Below are positions 1-10,968 of a stretch of 64,000 nucleotides of DNA, piece after piece. The number at the start of each line of letters is the position of its first letter. The stretch's first letter is position 1. The stretch is from a bacterium (GTDB lineage: Bacteria > Zhuqueibacterota > Zhuqueibacteria > Zhuqueibacterales > Zhuqueibacteraceae): positions 1-64,000 of the forward strand of contig JBIOXB010000223.1 in assembly GCA_044869275.1 (NCBI GenBank), read 5' to 3'. The notes beneath the pieces were generated by a model. It had not been told where the DNA came from, ran no database searches, and was given only the letters and a program-made list of their open reading frames with translations. Position numbers and translations under genes: made by a program.

Positions 1-493
1 TTACTTCATAAGCTCAAACTCAAACCACCAACGCGGCTGACACAAAACCTAAATTTGTAGTGAAAACTTTTTCAATTTTTTGTTGTAAATTCAAAGCTTA
101 GCCCCAGCAAGTGTCGAACTCGGGCTAAGACTTTGAGAATGTAAAAACGCCAAACCAAGGGGCGGCTTATAAAAGCTTGGGGCAACGCCATAAGATAACA
201 TTTAATCCTGCCTCTGGGCGCCAACGGCGCAAAATTGGGTGGGGCGAGATCCTCCATGCAATTCCATTTCACCCTTTCAGGCAGCAAATGTCGAATTCTC
301 CCGACAAAAATGTCGGATCTATTCATCAGCATTGATTCCCGGCAAAACTAAATGCTGATGAATTCCAACAGAATCAAGCAGATAATCAATTACAAGATGA
401 CTTTCCATTTCACGGCACACCAATTGAAATAAAGTAAGCACAAGCAACCATTCAATTAACCATCGGGGTTTTTCCAAACAAAACGGAGTCGTT

Positions 494-1066
494 ATGACCA
501 AAAAATTATTCGTTCTCAGCTGCCTCGCCGTGGCATTCATTGCCGGCGGTTGCTCAAAAGAATCACCGGTCGCGCCCGAGATGAAGGTAGAAAATACCAC
601 TAACGAGACGCTGAGTAAGCACAAGCCGAATGTCTCTCACGTTTTCGCCACGTATGATTTCAGCCAGGGACAAATCGTGGATCGAGGGCGCGAATGGGTC
701 GATGCTCAGGGCGTTTATCACGTCCGCAAGCAGATCTACGAGAATTCGCCGATCACCGGCGGCTTTGTCGGAGTTGACGAGCACAATGTTTTTAATGCCG
801 ATATTGATCAGGCAACCGGTAACGGCAAATCCTGGGGCAAGACCCGGTCCAATGTCACCTGGGTGGAGCGTAATATCAGCGGCATTTTGATTGGCGAATA
901 TGAAAATCGCATTGTCGCCGGGCAAATGATCGGCAAAAGCTCCTGGGTTGGCCGTGGCGGTTTCGCCGGCCTGGTTGCCAAGGCTGAGCAAGAAACGGAG
1001 CTTGGAAACTTCCTGCTTTTGCATGTGGACTTCACAGTTTCTAAGCAAGAAATAGAGATGGACTAG
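494..1066 (+). CDS. hypothetical lipoprotein
   Basis: 190-aa ORF with GGAG RBS; signal peptide ending in lipobox IAGG-C; no recognisable domain. Confidence 0.75.
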   Translation: MTKKLFVLSCLAVAFIAGGCSKESPVAPEMKVENTTNETLSKHKPNVSHVFATYDFSQGQIVDRGREWVDAQGVYHVRKQIYENSPITGGFVGVDEHNVFNADIDQATGNGKSWGKTRSNVTWVERNISGILIGEYENRIVAGQMIGKSSWVGRGGFAGLVAKAEQETELGNFLLLHVDFTVSKQEIEMD

Positions 1067-1196
1067 TTTTTGATTTTACTCCACCACACGAGGGGGCTGG
1101 CCTTGCGCTGCAATCAATGAAAAAAAAGAAACATCGTGCCGGCGCAAGGCCGGCGTCGCCCCGAAGCTGATTATTTTTTATTTGGGAGGCTGTGAT

Positions 1197-2373
1197 ATGA
1201 AAAAGCTACTTGTTCTTACAAATTTTGCTTTGGCCCTTGGTATTGCCGCCGTGAGCGCGAATGCTCAAACTTTCACCAGAATCACTTCTGGCCCGCTGGT
1301 CACTGATTTTGGTGGTTTTCTCGGCGCGTCCTGGGGCGATTATGATGGCGATGGCTATGCCGACTTGTTTGTCGCCAATAATCAAAAACAAAACCTGCTC
1401 TTCCACAACGAGGGGAACGGCAGCTTCACAAAAATAACTGCCGGAGAAATCATTACGGATCAAGCCATCTCTTATAGCGCAACCTGGGGCGATTATGATA
1501 ATGACGGTGACCTGGATTTATTTGTCGCCAACCGAGGCGGCGGTAATTTTCTATATCGCAACGACGGGGCGAGTTTCACTCGTATGAAAGACGGCCCCAT
1601 TGCGACCGACAATTTCGGCTCCATCAGCGCCAGTTGGGGCGACTATGATAACGATGGCGACCTGGATTTATTTGTGGCAAACGTATGATAACGACGGCGA
1701 TCAGGATGTTTTCATGACCAATGGAGGAATTAGCCAGACGTGGAGTAACTTTTTCTATCGGAATGACGGCTATCAGAAGCAGTGGATCAGGATTCAATGC
1801 CAAGGCACGGTGTCCAATACTTCTGCGATTGGGGCCATGATTCGTGTCAAAGCGACTATCGCGGGCAAAGCCGTTTGGCAAACGCAGCAGCTCTCGGGGC
1901 AAACAAGTTTCTTGGGACAAAATAGTCAGACCATCGGATTTGGCCTAGGGGATGCAACCACGATCGATTCGCTCGTGGTGCAGTGGCCCTCGGGCAAAAA
2001 GCAGGTCATCACCAATGTTGCGCCCAAGCAATTCCTAAGCATTGCCGAAGAGCCGACTACCGCGGTAACCGAACCACGGCAACCCGCAACTCCCTCGCGT
2101 TATCGTTTGGCGGATAACTATCCCAACCCGTTTAATCCGGAAACCGTTATCGAATTCGAGCTGCCGCGAGCAGGTGAAGTGAAGCTGGAGGTTTATGATG
2201 TGCTCGGGCACAAGATCAGAACTTTGGTGGATCAAGACCGGGCGGCGGGGATTCATCGAGTTATCTGGGATGGCAAAAGTGACCTCAGCGCAGCGGTCGC
2301 CTCTGGCATCTACTTCTATCGCTTGGAGGCGGCAGATTACACTTCTGCGAAACGGATGCTGCTGACGCGCTGA
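1197..2373 (+). pseudogene. FG-GAP repeat / ASPIC-UnbV protein with C-terminal FlgD-Ig/T9SS-type sorting domain, frameshifted near 1683
   Basis: Signal peptide and three WGDYDxDGxxDLFVAN repeats in one frame (stop at 1688). YDNDGDQDVFMTN, ASPIC/UnbV-like GQN..IGFGLG..VQWPSG and NYPNPFNPET..YFYRL continue in another frame to 2373. Confidence 0.8.
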
Positions 2374-2553
2374 AGGGCGGCCGCTGGCTCTCAACGGGTG
2401 CAGAAAAGAAAGCCGTCGCAAGCCGGCTTGCGCTTCTGCACCTGAGGATTCATGCTGCGCTGGAAGTTGGCGAGATAACGGTGCAAAACTCCGGCCGCAT
2501 GAATCCCCGGCCTTCTTCAACGGCAATATAAATGAGAATTGTGGACACTCAAA

Positions 2554-4035
2554 TCAGAACCTCCTGGACCACTCCTTGGGCCAGCGCTCGACCACGACTT
2601 TGGTCTGCGTAAAAAACTCCACGCCATGCCGCCCTTGCGCGTGCAGATCGCCGAAGAAACTTTCCTTCCATCCGCTGAAAGGAAAAAACGCCATGGGCGC
2701 GGCCACACCGAGATTGATACCGAGGTTGCCCACCTGAGCTTCGTAACGGAATTTTCTCGCAGCTGCCCCGCTGCTGGTGAAGAGGCAAGCCATGTTGCCA
2801 TACTGGCCGGCGTTGATTAAGGCGATGGCCTGCTCAATGGTTTCAACGTGCATCAAACTCAAAACCGGACCAAAAATCTCCGTGCGCGCGATTTCGCTGC
2901 CCGGCTTCACCTCTGCCATGATCGTCGGCCGGATGAAGTGGCCGTTTTCGCAGTTGCGAATGCGCGCGCCGCGGCCGTCTACGACGATCTTCGCGCCTTC
3001 GTCCGTGCCTTTTTGAATGAGCTCCAAAATGCGGGCTTTGCTTTGCGCGGAAATGAGCGGACCCATTTCAACGCCCTCTTCCAGGCCATTACCAACCACA
3101 CGCGCGGCAGCGGCTTCGGCAATGGCCTCAGCGAAGGCGCGCCGGCTTTCACCCACGGTGATGGCCAGCGAGCCGGCCAGGCAGCGCTGCCCGGCGCAGC
3201 CAAAAGCACTATCTGCTGTGATGCTCGTGGTCATCCCGAGATCGGCATCCGGCAACACAATGATGGGGTTTTTGGCGCCGCCCTGGCATTGCGCGCGCTT
3301 GCCATTGGCCGTGGCGCGGCGGTAAACATATTTCGCCACCGGGGTCGATCCCACGAAACTGACGGCGCGAATATCGGGATGGTCGAGAATGGCCTCGACG
3401 GTTTCTTTGGCACCGTTAACGAGATTGATCACGCCTTGGGGCAATTGCAGTTGATCGATGAGCGCAAAGACTTTCTGCATCGTGAACGGCACTTTTTCGG
3501 AGGGCTTGATAATGTAGGTATTGCCGCAAGCGAGGGCGTAGGGGAAAAACCAAAAAGGAATCATACCGGGAAAATTGAACGGCGTGATCGCGGCGCACAC
3601 GCCCACGGGCTGGCGGATCATGATTTCGTCGATGCCGCTGGCAATGTCTTCGGAATTGTAACCTTGCATCAATGCGGGAATGCCGCATGCCACTTCGACG
3701 TTTTCGATGGCGCGCTGCATCTCGGCTTTGGCCTCAGCCAGTGTTTTCCCGCATTCCATCGTGATGGTGCGCGCGAGATCGGCGAGATTTGCTTCCAGCA
3801 AGCTTTTGAGCTTAAATAAGTATTGCACGCGTGCAGTGGCGGGAACCCGGCGCCATTCCACGAATGCCGCAGCCGCGGCCTGAGCTGCTTGCTGCACTTC
3901 CTCTTCCTGCGACAGAGGCACTTTGCCAAGCACTTCGGCCGTGGCGGGATTGCGCACGTCCAAATATTGCAACGCTCCGGAAGCGCGCCATTGGCCGTTG
4001 ATGTAATTGCGCAAAATGATACTGTTGGTCATCAT
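2554..4035 (-). CDS. iolA: CoA-acylating methylmalonate/malonate-semialdehyde dehydrogenase
   Basis: ALDH motifs [47 protein letters not shown]; downstream of iolG. Confidence 0.92.
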   Translation of the reverse strand: MMTNSIILRNYINGQWRASGALQYLDVRNPATAEVLGKVPLSQEEEVQQAAQAAAAAFVEWRRVPATARVQYLFKLKSLLEANLADLARTITMECGKTLAEAKAEMQRAIENVEVACGIPALMQGYNSEDIASGIDEIMIRQPVGVCAAITPFNFPGMIPFWFFPYALACGNTYIIKPSEKVPFTMQKVFALIDQLQLPQGVINLVNGAKETVEAILDHPDIRAVSFVGSTPVAKYVYRRATANGKRAQCQGGAKNPIIVLPDADLGMTTSITADSAFGCAGQRCLAGSLAITVGESRRAFAEAIAEAAAARVVGNGLEEGVEMGPLISAQSKARILELIQKGTDEGAKIVVDGRGARIRNCENGHFIRPTIMAEVKPGSEIARTEIFGPVLSLMHVETIEQAIALINAGQYGNMACLFTSSGAAARKFRYEAQVGNLGINLGVAAPMAFFPFSGWKESFFGDLHAQGRHGVEFFTQTKVVVERWPKEWSRRF

Positions 4036-4080
4036 GTTTTTCCATCAAGAAAATGTTGCTTCCGCAAACGAACAACTCCG

Positions 4081-5103
4081 TCATTTGCTCTCTACAGATG
4101 ATACCTCCACCGCTTGCTGCGCATGAAGAGAGTTTGTGGCCGCCACCGCCGCACGCAAGGCTGCAATGCCATCGTCAATCGTCACTGGCGGCTGGCACTC
4201 TTGCAACAGATTATCCACGAAATTCTGCAACTGTGCCGTATAAGCGCCGGCAAATCGCTCCATGAAGTACGGCACGGTGTCGTGGGCGATATTGTTTTTG
4301 GTCATCACGGTCAGCGGGGTTTCGCGCAAATAGCCGATGCGCACCGCGCCCTTGGTGCCGAGCAGCTCGGTGGCGATGTCATAGCCATAAACCCCGTTGC
4401 GGCTGAGATCGATCACGCCCAGCCGGCCGTCCGCGAAAACCAGACTGATGATGGCATTGTCAATGTCGCCGGCAGTTTTCATGTTGGCGTAAGCCAGCAC
4501 GCCGCCAATGGCATACACCGTTTTGATTTCACCCATGAACCAGCGCGCCAGATCGAAATCGTGAATGCCCATGTCGAGGATGAGGCCGCCGCTGCTTTGC
4601 GGATTGGCGTAGGCCAAGCTGGGCGGGAAGGGATCGCGGCTGGTGGCGCGAAAGACCACGGGCTTGCCGATTTCGCCCCGCGTGATTTTTTCTTTGGCGG
4701 TGACATAGCCGCGATCGAAGCGGCGCATGAATCCCATTTGAAAAAAAACGCCGCTGCCATCGAGTACTTGTTTCATTTGACCGGCTTCGGCCAGAGATAA
4801 GGAAAGTGGTTTTTCGCAGAAGATTGCCTTGTCGCGCTGCGCTGCGGCCACCACCAGGTCTTTGTGAGTGTGCGTGGGTGTGGCAATGACGACCGCGTCC
4901 ACTTCTTGGTCGTCCAATAAGGCAATTGGGTCGGAATACCAGTGCGGCACTTCAAACTCCGCGGCAATCAGTCGCGCCTTTTCGCCCACCGGGTCCGCGA
5001 CGGCGGTCAAGCGCGCTTGTGGAATCGCACGCGAGAGATCGCGCGCATAGACTTTACCCAAACGGCCGAGGCCAAGCAGGCCGAGATTGATTTTTTTTCT
5101 CAT
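4081..5103 (-). CDS. iolG: inositol 2-dehydrogenase (Gfo/Idh/MocA family)
   Basis: GLGRLG Rossmann motif, CEKP, GFMRRFD, SRDP, DMGIHDFD, YGYD. Confidence 0.85.
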   Translation of the reverse strand: MRKKINLGLLGLGRLGKVYARDLSRAIPQARLTAVADPVGEKARLIAAEFEVPHWYSDPIALLDDQEVDAVVIATPTHTHKDLVVAAAQRDKAIFCEKPLSLSLAEAGQMKQVLDGSGVFFQMGFMRRFDRGYVTAKEKITRGEIGKPVVFRATSRDPFPPSLAYANPQSSGGLILDMGIHDFDLARWFMGEIKTVYAIGGVLAYANMKTAGDIDNAIISLVFADGRLGVIDLSRNGVYGYDIATELLGTKGAVRIGYLRETPLTVMTKNNIAHDTVPYFMERFAGAYTAQLQNFVDNLLQECQPPVTIDDGIAALRAAVAATNSLHAQQAVEVSSVESK

Positions 5104-5169
5104 TTCCGTGGGAGAAAGTTTTTACTTTTATTAGAGAGAGTGCACTTGTGACTGCTTGACACTATCATT

Positions 5170-5288
5170 CAGACTGTGTGAAAACATGGGAATGCCGCAC
5201 CCTGAGCTTGTCGAAGGGTGCTAAGTTCAAGAAATCCGGCTTCGACAAGCTCAGCCGGCGTTGAACCCGAGCGTTTTCACACAGTCTG
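5170..5288. mobile_element. MITE-like element, copy 1 (119 bp)
   Basis: 16-bp perfect TIR CAGACTGTGTGAAAAC/GTTTTCACACAGTCTG flanked by 3-bp direct repeat ATT; internal CTGAGCTTGTCGAAG/CTTCGACAAGCTCAG inverted pair; near-identical to 8749-8866. Confidence 0.8.
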
Positions 5289-5323
5289 ATTCCTGGTGAA
5301 TGACACAAACATGAATTGCTCCT

Positions 5324-6295
5324 TCACAGTGCAACATTCTCCTTCTTGATCAATTCAATTTTCACCGGCACGTATTTCGGCACGGCTTCACCGTTGATGA
5401 CGCGCACCGCGTGCTCGACGGCGAGCTCACCCATGGCCAGGGGAGATTGCGCCACCGAGGCCGCGAGTGTGCCGGCGGCAATCGCCTGGCGCGCATCGGT
5501 GATCGCATCGAAGCCGATGATTTTAACCTGGCCGCCTTTGCCCGCTGCCGCGATGGCCTCCATGGCGCCGAGTGCCATCATGTCGTTGCAGGCAAACACC
5601 GCCGTTACCTCGGGCTGGGCCTGCAGAATATTCTGAAATACACTGAAACCCTGATCGCGCTCCCAATTTGCCGGTTGCGAGGCCACCACTTCGATGCCGT
5701 GCGCGGCCGCGATGGCCTCACGGAAACCGCGCAACCGCGCATCGCCGGTTTCATGCCCGGGGATGCCTTCGAGAATCGCCACCTTCGCACTGCCGTGCAT
5801 CAACGCCACCAGGTACAAACCCGCAAGCCGGCCGCCTTCGTAATTGTCGGAACCGATGAAAGTGGCGTATTGCACCCCCGCTTCGCGGGCCGCATTTTCA
5901 TCGAGGCGCGTATCGACGATGATCACCGGAATGCCGGCGGCGTTGGCTTTGCCCAACGCTGGAATAATTTCGCGTGAGCCGCTGGGCGTGACGCAGATCG
6001 CATCGACTTTGATCTGGATGAGATTCTCAATGATCTGCATTTGTTTTTCCACGTCCAGCTCGCGCTCCGCGGCTTGCACGATCAAGTTCACGCCCAAGCG
6101 TTGCGCCGCTGCTTCCGCGCCTTTTTGCATGTCGATAAAAAAAGGATTGTTCAAGGTCTTGAATACCATCGCCACGCGCGGGCCCTGGGCGGGATTTTGC
6201 TCTTGCTCGCGTTGGCACGCGAGGGTGAAGAAAAAAGCAAAGAGCAAAAAGCAAACAGCAAGTTTCTTTGTGGCCATTTCTCCGTTCTCCGTCAA
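5324..6295 (-). CDS. sugar ABC transporter substrate-binding lipoprotein (RbsB-like)
   Basis: Lipobox LAC; LNNPFF, IGSDNYEGG, RLRGF, ANWER, NDMMALGA, IGFD motifs; true start may be 6277. Confidence 0.9.
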   Translation of the reverse strand: MTENGEMATKKLAVCFLLFAFFFTLACQREQEQNPAQGPRVAMVFKTLNNPFFIDMQKGAEAAAQRLGVNLIVQAAERELDVEKQMQIIENLIQIKVDAICVTPSGSREIIPALGKANAAGIPVIIVDTRLDENAAREAGVQYATFIGSDNYEGGRLAGLYLVALMHGSAKVAILEGIPGHETGDARLRGFREAIAAAHGIEVVASQPANWERDQGFSVFQNILQAQPEVTAVFACNDMMALGAMEAIAAAGKGGQVKIIGFDAITDARQAIAAGTLAASVAQSPLAMGELAVEHAVRVINGEAVPKYVPVKIELIKKENVAL

Positions 6296-6298
6296 TGA

Positions 6299-7246
6299 TT
6301 AACGCTTCGATCCCTTCAAACCAGTATCCACCAGCACCGCGATGATGATTACCGCGCCGATGATGATTTGCTGCAGGAACGACGAAACGCCAAGCAGATT
6401 CAGGCCGTTGCGCAACACGCCCATGATGAGCGCGCCGATGAGCGTGCCGGACAAGCTGCCCTCCCCGCCCATCAAGCTGGTGCCGCCAATCACGGTTGCC
6501 GCGATCGCATCCAGCTCATACATGATCCCGGCGATGGGTTGCGCCGAATTCAAGCGCGCGGTGAGAATGACAGCGGCGACCGCGCTCATCAACCCCGAAA
6601 GCCCATAAACCATCGTTTTGTGAAAGCGCACATTTATGCCGGAGAGTTTCGTGGCTTCTTCGTTGCCGCCCATGGCATAGGTGTATCTGCCATGCTTCGT
6701 GCGCGTGAGCGCGAAATTCGCCATCCCATATACGGCGATCATGATGATGACTGGCAGCGGTAGGAACAGAAATTCGCTCGTGGCAATGGCGCGAAAGTCT
6801 GGCGGGAAGCCTGAGATGGGGCGGCCTTCGGCATAAACCAGGGCCGCGCCCCGGGCCACGCTCATCATCCCGAGCGTGGCAATAAACGGAGGCAGTTTCC
6901 CCAGCGTGACCAAGAGCCCATTGATCAAGCCACAGAACAAGCCGGCCGCCAAACCTGCCAAAGCCGCAACGGCCAGCGTTGCGCCGGCATGCAGGGCACT
7001 CGCCAGGACGATCCCGGCAAATGCCAGAATCGATCCCACCGAAAGATCGATACCCGCCGAAATGATCACAAACGTCATGCCCGCGGCGATAATGGCATTG
7101 ATCGAAGTCTGTTGCAAGATGTTGAGCAGATTCGACACGGTGAAAAAATAAGGCGTCAAGAGCCACAACGTCAGGCACAACACCAGCAAGCCCACGAGCG
7201 TGCCCAATTGCCGGCCGTGGTGGAGAAGGAGTTTCTTGATCGCCAT
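6299..7246 (-). CDS. sugar ABC transporter permease (RbsC-like)
   Basis: Multi-TM; GIDLSVGS, PPFIATLG, GGNEEA, YELDAIAATVIGGTSL. Confidence 0.92.
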   Translation of the reverse strand: MAIKKLLLHHGRQLGTLVGLLVLCLTLWLLTPYFFTVSNLLNILQQTSINAIIAAGMTFVIISAGIDLSVGSILAFAGIVLASALHAGATLAVAALAGLAAGLFCGLINGLLVTLGKLPPFIATLGMMSVARGAALVYAEGRPISGFPPDFRAIATSEFLFLPLPVIIMIAVYGMANFALTRTKHGRYTYAMGGNEEATKLSGINVRFHKTMVYGLSGLMSAVAAVILTARLNSAQPIAGIMYELDAIAATVIGGTSLMGGEGSLSGTLIGALIMGVLRNGLNLLGVSSFLQQIIIGAVIIIAVLVDTGLKGSKR

Positions 7247-7368
7247 GATTGCGACGGGGCTCTCTCGATGATAGGTGAAGGCCGGAGTGTAATGCGTGAA
7301 TCATAATGCGCAAGAGCAAGTCGCGCCTTTCCGTGAAGGCCTGCTTTCGTCAATAGAGGGTGTGGACT

Positions 7369-7397
7369 ACAATAAAAGCAAAAGATCTAAATGTCAA
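7369..7397 (-). promoter_or_regulatory. sigma70-type promoter for permease-SBP-iolG-iolA operon
   Basis: Minus strand TTGACA-N17-TATTGT about 120 nt upstream of the permease start. Confidence 0.65.
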
Positions 7398-7536
7398 GCG
7401 CAGAAGCATGAAATTACTTCAATTCCTCAAACGGGCGAGGCGGCGGCGCATATAATTGCGGTGGTAAAATCTGCTGGCGGAAATGCCGGAATCTTATATT
7501 TTCTGCTTTGCACTTACCGTATCGTTGTGAACCAGT

Positions 7537-8637
7537 ATGAATACTTCATTGAGGCCACGGATGAAATCCAATCTGCCGAGCTTACTCGTACTGTTTTTTT
7601 CGATCTGCTCGTTTTCCTTTTGGAGTTGCCACATGGACAAGTCCGCACGCGTTGGTGAATTATTCAAATCCTATCACGGCGAAAACACGCCCGGTGCCGC
7701 CGTGATGATCATTCACCACGGGCGGCCGGTCCTGACCAAAGCCTATGGCTGGGCTGATCTCGAAGATAAAACACCGGTGACACCGCAAACGAATTTTCGC
7801 CTGGCTTCGGTGACCAAGCAATTTACGGCCATGTGCATCATGATGCTGGTCGAGCGCGAGGAATTGAATTACGACATGACCTTGCAAGGCATATTTCCGG
7901 AATTTCCGGAATACGGCAAGCGCATCACTGTACGGCATTTGTTGCAGCACACTTCCGGATTGATCGATTACGAAGATTTGATACCGGACACGGCCACGGT
8001 GCAGGTTCTGGACCAGGACGTGCTGGCGATGATGAAGCAGCAAGATTCAACCTATTTTGTACCCGGCGCGCAACACCGCTACAGCAACACCGGTTACGCG
8101 CTGCTGGCGATGATCGTGGAAAAAGTTTCGCAGAAATCATTTGCGCGGTTTCTAAAAGAAAACATTTTCGATCCGCTGGGCATGGCGAACACGGTCGCAT
8201 ATGAAAAAGGCGTTTCCACCGTTCCCCATCGCGCCATGGGCTATCGTGAAGACAACGGACGATTTGTTGGCAAAGACCAAAGCGTTACCAGTGCGGTGTT
8301 GGGCGACGGCGGCATTTATTCATCGGTCGAAGATTTGTGCAAGTGGGAGCAAGCGCTTGACACCGAGAAGCTGGTGAACATGGCCACCCGGCAGCAGGCT
8401 TTCACACCGGCTATTCTGAACGATGGGACGCCGACGGATTATGGCTTCGGCTGGCGCATCGACGAGTATCGCGGCCATCAACGCCAGCATCACACCGGCA
8501 GCACCAGCGGCTTCCGTAATGTCATTCAGCGTTTTCCCGCGGACAAATTTGCCGTTATTATTCTCACCAATCGCGCCGAGCCGGAGGTTGCGCCGCTGGC
8601 GGACAAGCTCGCGGATTGGTTCTGCTTCGAACGATGA
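7537..8637 (+). CDS. serine hydrolase, beta-lactamase class C-like (probable lipoprotein)
   Basis: SxxK (ASVTK), LLQHTSG, YSN, HTG motifs; start may be 7561. Confidence 0.9.
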   Translation: MNTSLRPRMKSNLPSLLVLFFSICSFSFWSCHMDKSARVGELFKSYHGENTPGAAVMIIHHGRPVLTKAYGWADLEDKTPVTPQTNFRLASVTKQFTAMCIMMLVEREELNYDMTLQGIFPEFPEYGKRITVRHLLQHTSGLIDYEDLIPDTATVQVLDQDVLAMMKQQDSTYFVPGAQHRYSNTGYALLAMIVEKVSQKSFARFLKENIFDPLGMANTVAYEKGVSTVPHRAMGYREDNGRFVGKDQSVTSAVLGDGGIYSSVEDLCKWEQALDTEKLVNMATRQQAFTPAILNDGTPTDYGFGWRIDEYRGHQRQHHTGSTSGFRNVIQRFPADKFAVIILTNRAEPEVAPLADKLADWFCFER

Positions 8638-8748
8638 AGAAGAATCGGGCTATCCCCTGCGCCACCTGGCGCACGGTCAGTGGTTGCCGGGCGCAAAAAC
8701 CTTCTCACCGCAGAAACCCTCCAGGGCGGTCCGTCGTTTCATAGCGAT

Positions 8749-8866
8749 CAGACTGTGTGAAAACTTGAGAATGCCGCACCCTGAGCTTGTCGAAGGGTGC
8801 TAAGTTCAGGAATCCGGCTTCGACAAGCTCAGCCGGCGTTGAAACCAAGCGTTTTCACACAGTCTG
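8749..8866. mobile_element. MITE-like element, copy 2 (118 bp)
   Basis: Same 16-bp TIR, flanked by 3-bp direct repeat GAT. Confidence 0.8.
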
Positions 8867-9060
8867 GATGATTGCGCACCAGTTCCGGCGCCATCATGTT
8901 CGCGCCTGGCCTCGTTTGCCGCTTTAAAAACCGCTTGAAAAGAACGCTGGCAAGCCGTATCATATAGGCTGCCAGCGCGAGGATCGCGCCAAGAGCTCGA
9001 TGCAGAAAAGAGATTGTTTTCGCCATCATCACCATTCAATCTGGTCATTGCCCTTTTTTC

Positions 9061-10968
9061 ATGAAGATCTCCTCGGTCGTGCGCTCGCTCCGCACCGGTG
9101 TTGTATGGTTATTGATTGTGCTGTTATGTGCCCGTGCTTCAGCGCAAGAGGACTACGCCGTTATCGCCATCAAATTCACCGGCAACAGCACGTTTCTTCC
9201 CAGCACCCTCTCCGCGCAAATGAAGACTTTCGCCACGCCCAAGTGGCGCAGGAGCCTGTTGCGTAGCAAGCCCTTCTGGTTCAGCGATGAAATCCTGCGG
9301 GAAGACGTGCGGCGTTTGAAGCGCTTTTATCAAACGGAAGGCTTTTTGCGCGTGCATATCGAACCGCCGGCGCTAAACCTCAACGCCGACCGCACCATCG
9401 AAATTACCATTGCGATTGCCGAAGGCGAACCGGTGCGCGTGCGCCGCGTGCAGTATCGTTGCACCGCCTCGATGCCCGCAGACAGCGCTTTTGCGCAGGC
9501 GACTTTCGCCAAGGTGCGGCCGGTGTTCGCATTGCAGCCGGACCTGCGCTTTCGCGATCTTTCCGCTCAAGCCGACGCCGATCTCCTTCGCCAAAAATTC
9601 GTTAATGCCGGCTACATTTACGTGAAAGTGCAGCCGGAACTGGCGGTTATGCCGGAAGAAAATCTCGTCGATGTGACTTTCGAAGTGAACACCGGCCCGC
9701 GCTGCTCGTATGGCGAGGTCAGAATCGCCGGTACGAAATATACCTCGCGCAGCTTGATTCGTGATCAGTTATTGTTTCGCAAGGGAGATTTGGTTACTCA
9801 GGAATCCATGCAGAAATCGCAGGAGCGGCTCTACGGTCTCGGCCTTTATCAAGTGGCGCTGATTAAGCCGATGTTGGGACAGGCGAAAAACGAGGTCGTC
9901 CCGGTCGAAGTTTTCGTCAAAGAATCGCCGCGCTTGACCCTGAAATTCGGTGTGGGTTATACTTTAGAAGCCCGAGACGTTCTGGGGGAAAATTTCGAGT
10001 TTTGGGACGGTTTGCGCTTTTCCGTCGATCTGCGGCGTCTGGGGTTTTTGGGAGGCGCGCGCCGCTTGGGGTTGCTGGCCAAACATTCCGCGCTGGAGCC
10101 TTACAATTTCAGCATCGAATTTGCGCAAGCCGCTTTTCTCATGCCGAGAAACGTATTGATTTTGAGCCCTTATACCCTTAAACAAAACGACCCGGCTTAC
10201 ACCCTCAGCAAGTTTGGAGGGGAATTGATCCTGCGGCAGCAATTAGCGCTCAAAACCAGCAGCTTCGTGGGTTACAGCCTCGAGCAGGTCAACTTGTCGG
10301 AAGAAACCGTGGCTTCCCAAGCGCTCTCGCAAATGGAAACGGCCGATATTTACAACAAGTCCAGCATTGCCTTCGGATTTGTGCATGACACCTCTTTGCC
10401 ACTGTTTTCACCGAAGAGTGGCTCGCTGTATTCCGCGGCTTTCAAATATTCCGGCCCTCCCCCCAAAGTTTTCGGACTCGAACTGGACAATCAGTATCAT
10501 TTCTTCAAAACCTTGCTGGAAAACCGGCGCTATGTTGCATTGAAACGCACCACGACTTTTGCCTATCGTTTGAAAATTGGCGCTTTGGAATCCTTCGACA
10601 GCGATAACGTCATACCCGTGGAAGAGAAATTCTTCGCCGGCGGCAGCAATTCTGTGCGCGGCTGGCCTTACAAGAAACTCGGCCCGCAGGCGGAAGATGG
10701 CACGCCGATCGGCGGCAACAGCCTGCTTGAAGGCAGCACCGAGATGCGATATTCCATGGTGAGCTGGCTTTCCGGCGCGTTGTTTTTGGATTTCGGCAAC
10801 GTGAGTACGGTGGATTTCGATTACGCCTTCAAAAAGCTGCATTATGCGGTGGGAACAGGTTTGCGTTTCGAGACTTCGTTCGGCCCGATTCGCGTGGATG
10901 TGGCGCGCCCGGTTTTTGACGAAGAAGATGAAGTGCAGTTTCATTTCAATTTTGGTCAGGCGTTTTAA
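9061..10968 (+). CDS. Omp85 family outer membrane protein (TamA-like) with POTRA domains
   Basis: Signal peptide, POTRA-like repeats, AGGSNSVRGW motif, GPIRVD, C-terminal GQAF; 1-nt overlap with tamB-like gene. Confidence 0.9.
   Translation: MKISSVVRSLRTGVVWLLIVLLCARASAQEDYAVIAIKFTGNSTFLPSTLSAQMKTFATPKWRRSLLRSKPFWFSDEILREDVRRLKRFYQTEGFLRVHIEPPALNLNADRTIEITIAIAEGEPVRVRRVQYRCTASMPADSAFAQATFAKVRPVFALQPDLRFRDLSAQADADLLRQKFVNAGYIYVKVQPELAVMPEENLVDVTFEVNTGPRCSYGEVRIAGTKYTSRSLIRDQLLFRKGDLVTQESMQKSQERLYGLGLYQVALIKPMLGQAKNEVVPVEVFVKESPRLTLKFGVGYTLEARDVLGENFEFWDGLRFSVDLRRLGFLGGARRLGLLAKHSALEPYNFSIEFAQAAFLMPRNVLILSPYTLKQNDPAYTLSKFGGELILRQQLALKTSSFVGYSLEQVNLSEETVASQALSQMETADIYNKSSIAFGFVHDTSLPLFSPKSGSLYSAAFKYSGPPPKVFGLELDNQYHFFKTLLENRRYVALKRTTTFAYRLKIGALESFDSDNVIPVEEKFFAGGSNSVRGWPYKKLGPQAEDGTPIGGNSLLEGSTEMRYSMVSWLSGALFLDFGNVSTVDFDYAFKKLHYAVGTGLRFETSFGPIRVDVARPVFDEEDEVQFHFNFGQAF

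Noticed and set aside
72..332. 86-aa ORF and hairpin at about 91-136 as a riboswitch
   Set aside because: No protein motifs; the hairpin lacks any riboswitch consensus I recognise
7537..8637. True antibiotic-resistance beta-lactamase
   Set aside because: Motifs fit the broad serine hydrolase family; there is no evidence of beta-lactam specificity
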